Origin: an uncultured Gemmatimonadales bacterium
Lineage (GTDB): Bacteria > Gemmatimonadota > Gemmatimonadetes > Gemmatimonadales > Gemmatimonadaceae
DNA length: 64,000 bases
Assembly: GCA_963707505.1 (NCBI GenBank)
Contig: CAVPQB010000004.1
Span: forward strand, 512,001-576,000
Direction: 5' to 3'
Positions 19,271 through 27,925 of this stretch are shown here, piece after piece. The stretch's first letter is position 1, and each line of letters opens with the position of its first letter. The position numbers and the translations under genes were made by a program. A model generated the notes under the pieces. It did no database searches, had not been told where the DNA came from, and saw only the letters and a list, made by a program, of their open reading frames with translations.

Positions 19271-20055
19271 TAGAGATCAATCTTCTACCCGGCGCCAAGC
19301 GTACCACTCGCCGTGGTGTCGACTTCGCACCCGGCGCGGCCATCGCGAATCTCGGTGCCAACTTAAAGGACAAGTACCTCATATTTGCCGTCGCTGGCGT
19401 CGTACTCGGTCTCGGCGGAATCGCAGGCATGTATCTGTTGCAGGCGAGACAGCAGAGCGCCGTGGACGCACGCGAATCCGCGGCTGCGACCGACTCCGCC
19501 CGCTTTGCCGCGGTACTCACTGCGCGCAGTCGCGCAGAGACGACGCGTGACTCGGTGTATCAGCAGCTTGCCATCATCAAGTCGATCGATGATACGCGAT
19601 ACACATGGCCGCACATACTCGAGGCCGTAAACCTCGCGGTCCCGCAGTACACCTGGCTGGTCTCGATAACCCAGACGAGTGCTGTCACCACTACCGCGGC
19701 AATGATCGGCGACACGTCCACCGCTGGAAAGGCGAAGGCAGACAGCATCAAGAAGACTGGCGGCATGAAGCAGGCTTCATCCGCGTCGCGCAAGGCTCAC
19801 GCGGACTCGCTGTTCAGCGGAGTTGCGAACACGATGACGTTCCGTGTCGTCGGGCAGACTGTCGATGTCCAGGCTCTGACGCAATTCATGAAGAACCTCG
19901 AGGCGTCTCCGTTCATCAAGAATGTACAGCTGACCCGCTCTGATCTCGTCACGGCCGAAGGCAAGGAAGTGACAGAGTTCCAGCTCGAAGCGCAGGCGGA
20001 AGTTCCGCCTGCGCATGTACTGCAGACGGTTCCACTTTCAATAGCGGTGCGCTAG
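19267..20055 (+). CDS. pilN: Type IV pilus assembly protein PilN
   Basis: MIEINLLP motif, TM helix, FMKNLEASPF. Confidence 0.92.
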   Translation: MIEINLLPGAKRTTRRGVDFAPGAAIANLGANLKDKYLIFAVAGVVLGLGGIAGMYLLQARQQSAVDARESAAATDSARFAAVLTARSRAETTRDSVYQQLAIIKSIDDTRYTWPHILEAVNLAVPQYTWLVSITQTSAVTTTAAMIGDTSTAGKAKADSIKKTGGMKQASSASRKAHADSLFSGVANTMTFRVVGQTVDVQALTQFMKNLEASPFIKNVQLTRSDLVTAEGKEVTEFQLEAQAEVPPAHVLQTVPLSIAVR

Positions 20056-20056
20056 C

Positions 20057-20671
20057 ATGGCAATCGGCGCAAACATGACCCAGCGCGAACAGGCGCTGGT
20101 CGGATCCGGAATCATTGCGATTCTGCTCGCTGTGGCGTTCTGGTGGTTCATCTTCACGCCGAAGGCCGTGACGATCGGCTCGCTCAGTGCCCACGTCGAT
20201 TCCGTCGAAACGAACAATCGCAAGGCGCGTGTCGCCATAGCTCGCGGCACCGTGCAGCAGTTGCAGACCGAAGCTGCGCAATACCAGAAGAATCTGGACA
20301 TGATGCGCGAGCTCGTACCAACGTCGAACGAAGTTCCTTCGCTCCTCGAGAATGTATCCACGGCGGCACGGCGGGTGGGACTCGACCTCGCGTCGGTCGA
20401 GCCGGTCCCTGTGATTCCTGGAGAGCAGTTCGATACGTACCGCTACAAGGTGTCGGTGATGGGCGGCTATCACGAGCTCGCCGAATTCCTCACGAACGTC
20501 GGCTCGCTCAACCGCATCATGGCGCCACTGGGGCTGGATCTCAAGATCCACCCGGGCGAGAAAGACAAGTCGCATCAGAAGGCTGGTGAGTCACTGCTCG
20601 ACGCAAGCTTTCAACTCCAGACCTACGTCGCACGCACAACTCCGCTTGTGCTGAGCAAGGAGACAAAATGA
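20057..20671 (+). CDS. pilO: Type IV pilus assembly protein PilO
   Basis: TM, coiled coil, LVP-x-x-NEVPSLL and GGYHEL-x-x-FL. Confidence 0.92.
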   Translation: MAIGANMTQREQALVGSGIIAILLAVAFWWFIFTPKAVTIGSLSAHVDSVETNNRKARVAIARGTVQQLQTEAAQYQKNLDMMRELVPTSNEVPSLLENVSTAARRVGLDLASVEPVPVIPGEQFDTYRYKVSVMGGYHELAEFLTNVGSLNRIMAPLGLDLKIHPGEKDKSHQKAGESLLDASFQLQTYVARTTPLVLSKETK

Positions 20672-21156
20672 CGACGCACAAGCGTAACGGCGTTGTGAAT
20701 CATCCTCTCGCGATTGCAGCGACGTTGGTGATGGCACTCGCCTTGTTGCTGCTGGTCAAGGGTGATGCACATGCCCAGGCTGATGATGTCGCAGACGCCG
20801 GCAGCAGTCGGGACAGCGCGACCACTGTCACGTTCAATCGCGAAGTCTTTCGATACGATCCGGATGGCCGGCGTGATCCGTTCGTATCGCTGGTCAAGAG
20901 CAGCGAGATCCGGCCTACGCTATCGGATCTGCGCCTGACAACCATCGCATTCGATCCCCTCGGACGGAACTCTGTCGCAGTTCTCCGTGATCTCGGGACG
21001 AAGGAGCAGTACCGCGTCAAGGTCGGCACCGCACTGGGCCGCATGCGCGTCGTTCGAATCGATCCAAAGGTCGTCACGTTTGCGCTCGAGGAATTCGGAT
21101 TCAGTCGTCAGGAAACGCTCGCGATCGGTGATACCACAATAAAGAGGACACCATGA
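20668..21156 (+). CDS. pilP: PilP-like protein
   Basis: Y-x-x-x-GRRDPF motif; located between pilO and pilQ. Confidence 0.8.
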   Translation: MTTHKRNGVVNHPLAIAATLVMALALLLLVKGDAHAQADDVADAGSSRDSATTVTFNREVFRYDPDGRRDPFVSLVKSSEIRPTLSDLRLTTIAFDPLGRNSVAVLRDLGTKEQYRVKVGTALGRMRVVRIDPKVVTFALEEFGFSRQETLAIGDTTIKRTP

Positions 21157-23144
21157 AGTTGCCCCTGATCACCCTCGCCGCGTTCGCAATCGCGCCGGGT
21201 CATTCTCTCACTCCTACCGCGTCACAGTCGTACGCCGCGTGTTCTGGTGTCTGTTCCAGGACAACCGCACCGACCGTAACTGGAGTGAGCGTCGTCCCCG
21301 CGACTGGCCACGCTGACGTCGTGATCGGCGTTCAGACTCCGGTCGAGGTCCAGGATTTCACGCTCGACGCCCCGTATCGCGTCGTGGTGGACATCAAGGG
21401 AGCTTCGCTTTCCGAGACACCGTCGGCATATGATAAAGTCGCGCGCGGCGGAATCACCGACGTGCGTGTATCACAGTTCTCAGCGACGGTCGTCCGGGTT
21501 GTGCTGCAACTCGACGGCTCTCATCCATACGAGGTGCACCGCGGCAACAACGAGGTGCGCATCGCGGTTAGCGGTGGCTCTGGTGGTTTCGCCTCCTGGA
21601 CCGGCCTCAACGGACGCGCGGCCGACGTCGCGCAGGGTAATGCTCGCTCCGACGATGACGCTTCGCCGTCGATCGCACCGCCGCGCTCCACGATGACCGT
21701 CGTGAGTCAGCCGTCATATTTGCCGAGCGTGCAGCAATCGACGCAGCCGCGAATCACGGTCACATATCAGGACGCCGACATTCGCGACGTCATCGCGGCG
21801 TTTGCGACCTTCGCCGGGCGCACGATCGTTACGGGTCGCGACGTTACCGGGACGGTTACTGCCGAGATTCGGAATCAACCATGGGACGTCGCGCTTCGCG
21901 CGATCCTGCAGGGACAGGGGCTTGCCGCGTCGGAAGATCCGGCGTCCGGAATCATCACGGTCGACAGCTACGCCAACGTACAGGCCCGTCAGGCCTTCGA
22001 GCCGTTGGTCACTCAGCTCATTCCGGTCAACTACGCAAAGGCGGATTCGCTGGTACCCGTTGTCACCAAGCTGCTCGCAAAGGATTGCGTTACCGGTGGA
22101 CCGTCCAGTGCAGCTGGCGCGGCCGGAAGCGGCGCGGCGACCAGCTTCGGCAACCAGACGTGCATCACGCGTGGCGCGGTCGCCTCGAACCCAGGCACCA
22201 ACACGCTGATCGTGACCGAGACGCCGTCGCGCATCGCCGGCATCATCAATTACGTCGAGGCGCTCGACGTTCGGACGCCGCAGGTTTCGATCAAGGCGAA
22301 GATCGTGTTCGTCGATCGCACCAACATCGAGGACCTTGGGCTGTCGTACGACCTGGGCACTCAGAACCAGTTCTTCAGCACGCTCGCGCCGCGCATCGAT
22401 CCCACCACGCTCAAACCCATCACCAATGCAGACGGCGTACCGACTGGACTTGGCGGCGGCACACCGATTACGGGAAACCGAATCGCGCTGGGTGGCAACA
22501 CGCTTTCCGGCATCGCAGACGCGAACAATCGGATAGCATCGCCGGCCTTGCAGCTTGTCTACTCCGCTGCGATCGGTCACTTCTCGCTCACGAGTTTCCT
22601 GGACGCTCTTCAGGAAGTACGCCTTGCCGATCTGCAGGCGGAGCCGAGCATCGTGACGGTGGATAACAGGCAGGCAAGCATTCAGGTAGGCCAGGACATC
22701 CCGGTGCGCGTGCTCGACCTGAGCACACAACAGTCTGGCGCGGCCGGAGCGGTTCAGCCGAAAGCGACAGTGAGCTTCCACTCGGTCGGTATCATCCTCC
22801 AGGTCACTCCGCACATCACGAACAACCATCAGGTGCTGTTGGACGTTCACGCGGAGAACTCGGATGCGCAGCTCGCAGGATCCGACATCGGGTACGTATT
22901 CAACAAACAGAGCGCGGACAACCGGCTCCTCGTGAACGACGGCGAAACTGCGGTCATCGGTGGTCTCACCGTCACGCAGGTGACGCAGAGCAAGAGTGGC
23001 ATTCCCGTGCTCGTTGACCTTCCGCTGGTTGGCAAGCTGTTCGGTGTTACGCAGAAGTCCGAAGAGAAGCGCGACCTTCTCATTCTCATCACGCCGCATG
23101 TCATCGACGACGGTGAGCGCGTGAGATCGACTCGTGAGCGGTAA
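21153..23144 (+). CDS. pilQ: Type IV pilus secretin with AMIN domain
   Basis: PYRVVVDI AMIN domain, QPWDVAL, QVSIKAKIV, DGETAVIGGL and IPVL..LLILITPHV. Confidence 0.95.
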   Translation: MKLPLITLAAFAIAPGHSLTPTASQSYAACSGVCSRTTAPTVTGVSVVPATGHADVVIGVQTPVEVQDFTLDAPYRVVVDIKGASLSETPSAYDKVARGGITDVRVSQFSATVVRVVLQLDGSHPYEVHRGNNEVRIAVSGGSGGFASWTGLNGRAADVAQGNARSDDDASPSIAPPRSTMTVVSQPSYLPSVQQSTQPRITVTYQDADIRDVIAAFATFAGRTIVTGRDVTGTVTAEIRNQPWDVALRAILQGQGLAASEDPASGIITVDSYANVQARQAFEPLVTQLIPVNYAKADSLVPVVTKLLAKDCVTGGPSSAAGAAGSGAATSFGNQTCITRGAVASNPGTNTLIVTETPSRIAGIINYVEALDVRTPQVSIKAKIVFVDRTNIEDLGLSYDLGTQNQFFSTLAPRIDPTTLKPITNADGVPTGLGGGTPITGNRIALGGNTLSGIADANNRIASPALQLVYSAAIGHFSLTSFLDALQEVRLADLQAEPSIVTVDNRQASIQVGQDIPVRVLDLSTQQSGAAGAVQPKATVSFHSVGIILQVTPHITNNHQVLLDVHAENSDAQLAGSDIGYVFNKQSADNRLLVNDGETAVIGGLTVTQVTQSKSGIPVLVDLPLVGKLFGVTQKSEEKRDLLILITPHVIDDGERVRSTRER

Positions 23145-23145
23145 C

Positions 23146-25677
23146 ATGACAAAGCACATTGGACAATCCGTCGTGGTAATTGCGGCGCTCGCCCTCGGCG
23201 CGCTCGCGTGCAGCGATCAGGCCCTGGATGGAACGAGCGATCACACCGCGCCGACCATCGCTATGGCGAAGGTGACGAGCAGTGTGGATTCCGTACTCTC
23301 CTTCTCCGCGAGCGTCGGAGACAATCTTGGAATCGCACGCGTGCACGTAGACGCGACAGGCGGCGTGACGGCTGCCTTCGATACCGTCTTTCACTCAGCG
23401 GTGACGAGCACGAGCCTTTCATTCTCGCTCTCGGTGCCGCGGAGCGTTCCAGCGGGAACGCCGGTGACCGTGGTTGGAATCGTATACGACGGGGCGGGAA
23501 ACAGCTCCAGGCCGGATACACTCAAGCTCGGCACCGGAAATCTCGCACCGGCGAATGTTGTGATCACGGCACCGGTAACCGGGTCCACTACCATCGTGGG
23601 CAAGTCGACAGTCATCGGGGTCACTGGGACCAGCAAGGTCAAGGTTCAGTGGCTTGGCTACCAGACATCGGGCGCCTTTACATCTTCGGATTCGATCGCG
23701 TTCTCGAGTCCGCTCAGCGATTCCATGGCCACACAGCTGACGATGGCGGTTCCTCCGTCGACTGCCGTCGGCGCGGTAACTCTCACGCCATTCATTCGCG
23801 ACTCACTCGGCAACCGTGGGCTCGGTACGCCAATCACGTTGCAGGTGAAGACGGCGACCGGCGTGAAAGCGCCAGCACTTGTCAACTTCGGATCTGACAA
23901 GCGTGTCGAGGTGAATGACACGCTCTCTGTAACCGCGACCGACACCACCGGTTCGGGCATAACCGATATCGGCTACGAGATCAGCGGCAGCGTCGGCGGA
24001 CCGGTAGTCGTGCAGGGCGATTCGACTTCCGACGGACACCTGACGTCGCTCCCGCGCAAGTTCAATCTGAAGATTCCAAGCAGCATGGTACCCCCGTTCC
24101 CGACGACCGTGTACGTCAAGGCGTTCGCGACGACGGCCAGTGGCGCGAAGGGCTACGCGAAGCTAGCCAGCGGAATCGACCGGGTCGACACGCTCGTCGT
24201 GGTTGCCGGCGTTACGCGCCAGGTTCCAAACGGCGGCACGATTGCGGACGCGATCTATCATCCACGTTACGACAAGCTTTACCTCACGAACATCGATCGC
24301 AACGAGCTCGAAGTATTCAACCTCGGCGATTCCAGCTTCAAGTCACCGATCGCGGTCGGATCCCGCCCGTGGGGCATCGCCCCGTGGCCGCGCAACCCGT
24401 CCACGGGTGATTACGGCGACACGCTTCTGGTCGCAAATTCCGGTGGTACTTCAATCGGATATGTAAGCCTCGTCGATCGCTCGATTCCGTTCTCGAGTGA
24501 AGGGCGGGAAGTGTATCGATATCCTCTGCCCCACATGCGGGCGCTCACGGTGAAGACCGTTGCAGCCACAGGCACTAACCCGCCCGTGAATATTTCGCAG
24601 AAGACGCCGTACGACTTCAGCGACAGGCCGCAATACCTGGCGCCAACGTGCCGCACTTCGTCACCGTTCCCTTCTGGCACGACCTGCGACCAGGTGATTC
24701 TCGTGTACTCGACTACGCCAACACCCGGTCAGACGGCACCGTTCGCCAACGAGGGAACCGTACGCTACGAAAACCTGACCACGAAGAGTTCGCACTTCTT
24801 CTTCGAGCAGGCGATGGGTCAGACGTCCGGAACAGCGGATTCGCTCGAGATCGACCGGTTTGGCGTCAATTGCGACAGAAACGGCCAGAACTGTGCAGCT
24901 GGCTCTGATTCGGTTCTCGTACCGTTCCAGCAGCCCCTCGGGACGACGCCGCATGTGCCGAAATTTGCTGGCGATACCATCACCAAGCTGGATACGACAT
25001 TCTACTCGATTGTCGTCCAGCTACCGTTGATGGGATTTCGCGACACTACGTTCGCGCGCAGTTCCGGTAACTTCGCTCGCGCCATTCTCGGAGAGGGCGG
25101 CGCAGTGCAGGGCAGCAGAATCATCGGATTCAACGCGGCGTTCGGACTGGATTCCACGATCACGCTGTCGAATGGGGTGGTCACCAAAATCCCGATACCG
25201 GTCATCGACCTTGGAGTTTCTCCTCCCGAGCGCGTGGCCGATCTCACGGCGAATACGTTCGCTCGCGTGGGCGGTGTCGCCATTAACTTCGACGGTGCGC
25301 TCGCCGCAGTTCGGGCGGACTCGATCTATCTCTTCAATCAGGATCTCAGACACCAGGGAACATTCCAGACCGCGACGTCGGGCAACCCAGGTTTTGACTT
25401 CGATCCGCGCAACAGCGGAAACGGCATCACGGCGTCGTCGCCGCTCAAGTCGTGCTATTCATTTGCGGCTTCGACAGAGCCATCCATTGAGGTGTACGAG
25501 AACAATCACTTCAAGCGTATCGCAGTGATCCCGATCAAAAACCCGATCATCGGACCAATCAAATCCGCCGTGCGTCAGCCCAGCGGTCAGCTGATTCTCG
25601 TTGGGGCAACCGCGAAGGGCGTTGTGATCGTGAACGTCGATCCGACACTGTTCGGCGGAGCCAGCTGCCCACCGTAA
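23146..25677 (+). CDS. Large predicted lipoprotein, Ig-like repeats plus beta-propeller-like C-terminal half
   Basis: Lipobox LGALAC; T/S/V-rich beta segments (D-x-AGN, DSLGN); YVTN-like IAVGSRPWGI; several Cys; 1 nt after the pilQ stop. Confidence 0.75.
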   Translation: MTKHIGQSVVVIAALALGALACSDQALDGTSDHTAPTIAMAKVTSSVDSVLSFSASVGDNLGIARVHVDATGGVTAAFDTVFHSAVTSTSLSFSLSVPRSVPAGTPVTVVGIVYDGAGNSSRPDTLKLGTGNLAPANVVITAPVTGSTTIVGKSTVIGVTGTSKVKVQWLGYQTSGAFTSSDSIAFSSPLSDSMATQLTMAVPPSTAVGAVTLTPFIRDSLGNRGLGTPITLQVKTATGVKAPALVNFGSDKRVEVNDTLSVTATDTTGSGITDIGYEISGSVGGPVVVQGDSTSDGHLTSLPRKFNLKIPSSMVPPFPTTVYVKAFATTASGAKGYAKLASGIDRVDTLVVVAGVTRQVPNGGTIADAIYHPRYDKLYLTNIDRNELEVFNLGDSSFKSPIAVGSRPWGIAPWPRNPSTGDYGDTLLVANSGGTSIGYVSLVDRSIPFSSEGREVYRYPLPHMRALTVKTVAATGTNPPVNISQKTPYDFSDRPQYLAPTCRTSSPFPSGTTCDQVILVYSTTPTPGQTAPFANEGTVRYENLTTKSSHFFFEQAMGQTSGTADSLEIDRFGVNCDRNGQNCAAGSDSVLVPFQQPLGTTPHVPKFAGDTITKLDTTFYSIVVQLPLMGFRDTTFARSSGNFARAILGEGGAVQGSRIIGFNAAFGLDSTITLSNGVVTKIPIPVIDLGVSPPERVADLTANTFARVGGVAINFDGALAAVRADSIYLFNQDLRHQGTFQTATSGNPGFDFDPRNSGNGITASSPLKSCYSFAASTEPSIEVYENNHFKRIAVIPIKNPIIGPIKSAVRQPSGQLILVGATAKGVVIVNVDPTLFGGASCPP

Positions 25678-25706
25678 GCTCGGACGTGCAAGAGAAAAGT
25701 CGTTAC

Positions 25707-25739
25707 TAACGGAGCCCGGCGATGAGCCGGGCTTTGTTA
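25707..25739 (+). terminator. Probable intrinsic terminator closing the pilus operon
   Basis: AGCCCGGC-GATGA-GCCGGGCT followed by TTGTT. Confidence 0.7.
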
Positions 25740-25829
25740 TATCGCTGACCGATATACCGCGGTATTTTGTCCCCACTCGCCAGAATTCGTTTGCCGGACC
25801 GCCCCCGTCCGGGTTTATTATTGTCCCAA

Positions 25830-27053
25830 ATGCTTCGTTTTACTACTGCTGGCGAGTCGCACGGTGCAGCGCTCGTATCGATTCTCGAAGGAATGCCCGC
25901 TGGCGTCCCGTTACTCGTCGAAGATGTTGACGCACAGCTCGCACGCCGGCAGGCGGGCTACGGACGCGGCCGCAGAATGCAGATCGAAACGGACCGTGCG
26001 GAGATCCTGAGCGGGGTCCGAGCTGGCGAGACGCTTGGATCGCCGATTGCGATGCTCATTCGTAACCACGACTGGCGCAACTGGCAGGAGATCATGAGTC
26101 CGGCTCCGCTCCCGGATGAGTCGGAGGATTCCGGTCTGCGAAAGCGGGCTGTCACGCGTCCGCGCCCTGGACACGCAGATCTCGCTGGAATGCTCAAATA
26201 TGACCGGGCGGACGCACGAGACATACTGGAGCGCGCCTCTGCTCGCGAGACCACGGCGCGCGTTGCAGCGGGCGCTGTCTGCCGCACGTTGTTGAAACAG
26301 CTGGATGTGACGATTGGGAGCCATCTGGTCGAGCTGGGGGATGTCGTGGCATGCCGGCCCGAGCACCTGCCAGCCGACCTGAACGCGGCGGCCGACACCT
26401 CGCCACTTCGTACGCTCGATAGCGACGCAGAAGCACGCATGATAGCCCTCATCGACGAGGCCAGGCGATCCGGCGACACTCTGGGCGGAATCTGTGAGGT
26501 GGTAGTTACCGGCCTCCCCGTCGGCCTCGGATCGCATGTCTCGTGGGATCGCAAGCTCGATGGACGGCTTGCCGCGGCACTCATGTCCATTCCGGCCGTG
26601 AAGGGGGTCGAGATCGGTATGGGATTTCAGGCGGCGCGGTTGCACGGCTCACGTGTTCACGATGAGATCGATCCTTCAGAAGAGGCGGTCACCCGCGGCA
26701 GGTTGAGCCGGCGCAGCAACAACGCGGGCGGACTGGAAGGCGGTATGACCACCGGCGAACCGCTCGTTCTCCGAGTGGCCATGAAACCGATCAGCACACT
26801 GATGCGGCCGCTGGGATCCGTCGAGATGACGACACGCGAGAGCGCCGCATCCACGGTCGAGCGGAGCGATGTGACGGCCGTTCCGGCCATGGGAGTCATC
26901 GCGGAGGCAATGGCTGCCTTCATCCTGGCGGATTCGGCGCTCGAGAAGTTCGGCGGCGACTCGCTCAATGAGGTCCGGCGGAACCGTGACGGGTATCTAC
27001 TGTATCTGGCTGATCGCGACAGCGGTCATGTAACTGGGCATGACGCTGGGTGA
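25830..27053 (+). CDS. aroC: Chorismate synthase
   Basis: MLRFTTAGESHG, RPGHAD, ERASARET, GGLEGGM and MKPISTL. Confidence 0.97.
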   Translation: MLRFTTAGESHGAALVSILEGMPAGVPLLVEDVDAQLARRQAGYGRGRRMQIETDRAEILSGVRAGETLGSPIAMLIRNHDWRNWQEIMSPAPLPDESEDSGLRKRAVTRPRPGHADLAGMLKYDRADARDILERASARETTARVAAGAVCRTLLKQLDVTIGSHLVELGDVVACRPEHLPADLNAAADTSPLRTLDSDAEARMIALIDEARRSGDTLGGICEVVVTGLPVGLGSHVSWDRKLDGRLAAALMSIPAVKGVEIGMGFQAARLHGSRVHDEIDPSEEAVTRGRLSRRSNNAGGLEGGMTTGEPLVLRVAMKPISTLMRPLGSVEMTTRESAASTVERSDVTAVPAMGVIAEAMAAFILADSALEKFGGDSLNEVRRNRDGYLLYLADRDSGHVTGHDAG

Positions 27054-27610
27054 CGGCTGACGCGACGGTGAAGCATGTGGTGCTCATCGGGCTGCCAGGC
27101 GTTGGCAAGAGTACCGTCGGGCGCGGCGTTGCAGCTCGACTCAAGCGTGGCTTCATCGATCTCGACACACATATCGAACGATCGTTCGGAAAGACCGTAA
27201 GCAGGATTTTCGAGGAGGATGGCGAGGCTGTCTTCCGGAGAGCGGAAGCCCAGACCAGCGCAGCGGTTGCCCGGATGGCGCCCTCGGTGATCGCGCCGGG
27301 CGGTGGCTGGGTATTGAATTCCGACGCTACGGCACATTTGCTCGGCGCGGGACGTATCATATACCTTAGAGTGGCACCGGAGGCCGCCGTTCGTCGTATG
27401 GGACGGGGGATCCGGCGAAGGCCGTTACTGTTCAAGTCCGGGGACCCGTACGAAGCCATGCGCGTGATATATGAAGCACGCAAGGCGGCATACGAGGGAT
27501 GTTCGGAGATGACAGTCGAAACGGGTAATACCGCAAGATCCAACGTGATCGCCAGGGTGGTGGAGCTGGTGCTTTCCGCCGAGCGAGACTTCGAAAACGG
27601 GAATGACTGA
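27050..27610 (+). CDS. aroK: Shikimate kinase
   Basis: GLPGVGKST P-loop, D-x-D, GE-x-x-FR, GGG and RPLL. Confidence 0.93.
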   Translation: MTADATVKHVVLIGLPGVGKSTVGRGVAARLKRGFIDLDTHIERSFGKTVSRIFEEDGEAVFRRAEAQTSAAVARMAPSVIAPGGGWVLNSDATAHLLGAGRIIYLRVAPEAAVRRMGRGIRRRPLLFKSGDPYEAMRVIYEARKAAYEGCSEMTVETGNTARSNVIARVVELVLSAERDFENGND

Positions 27611-27866
27611 AGGAATAGACGGGTATAGCGTACCGCGCCCCATGCGCGTTCTGGGACCTCACGAGCGCAGCCGCTTCACGGCGGAAGCGTGGGGCTACCT
27701 GGTCGGTCTCAGCCGGTCGGGACTCCTTGACGCGACGGAGCTGGAGCATGTGATCGAGCGCGTACTCACGCATTTCGACGGGCGTGTCGCGTTGACCGAC
27801 CTCCGACTCGTGCTGGGCGACGGGAGCCCGGATGGCGGCGATGCCTCTCCGATCACCACGCACTGA
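27603..27866 (+). CDS. smg: Smg/DUF494-like protein
   Basis: RVLGPHE..EAWGYL..LEHVIER; located upstream of topA. Confidence 0.7.
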   Translation: MTEGIDGYSVPRPMRVLGPHERSRFTAEAWGYLVGLSRSGLLDATELEHVIERVLTHFDGRVALTDLRLVLGDGSPDGGDASPITTH

Positions 27867-27925
27867 AAGAATCAGAACGTACTAATTACGCATTGAATCC
27901 GGAGCAATCCGGCAACGGTAAAATC

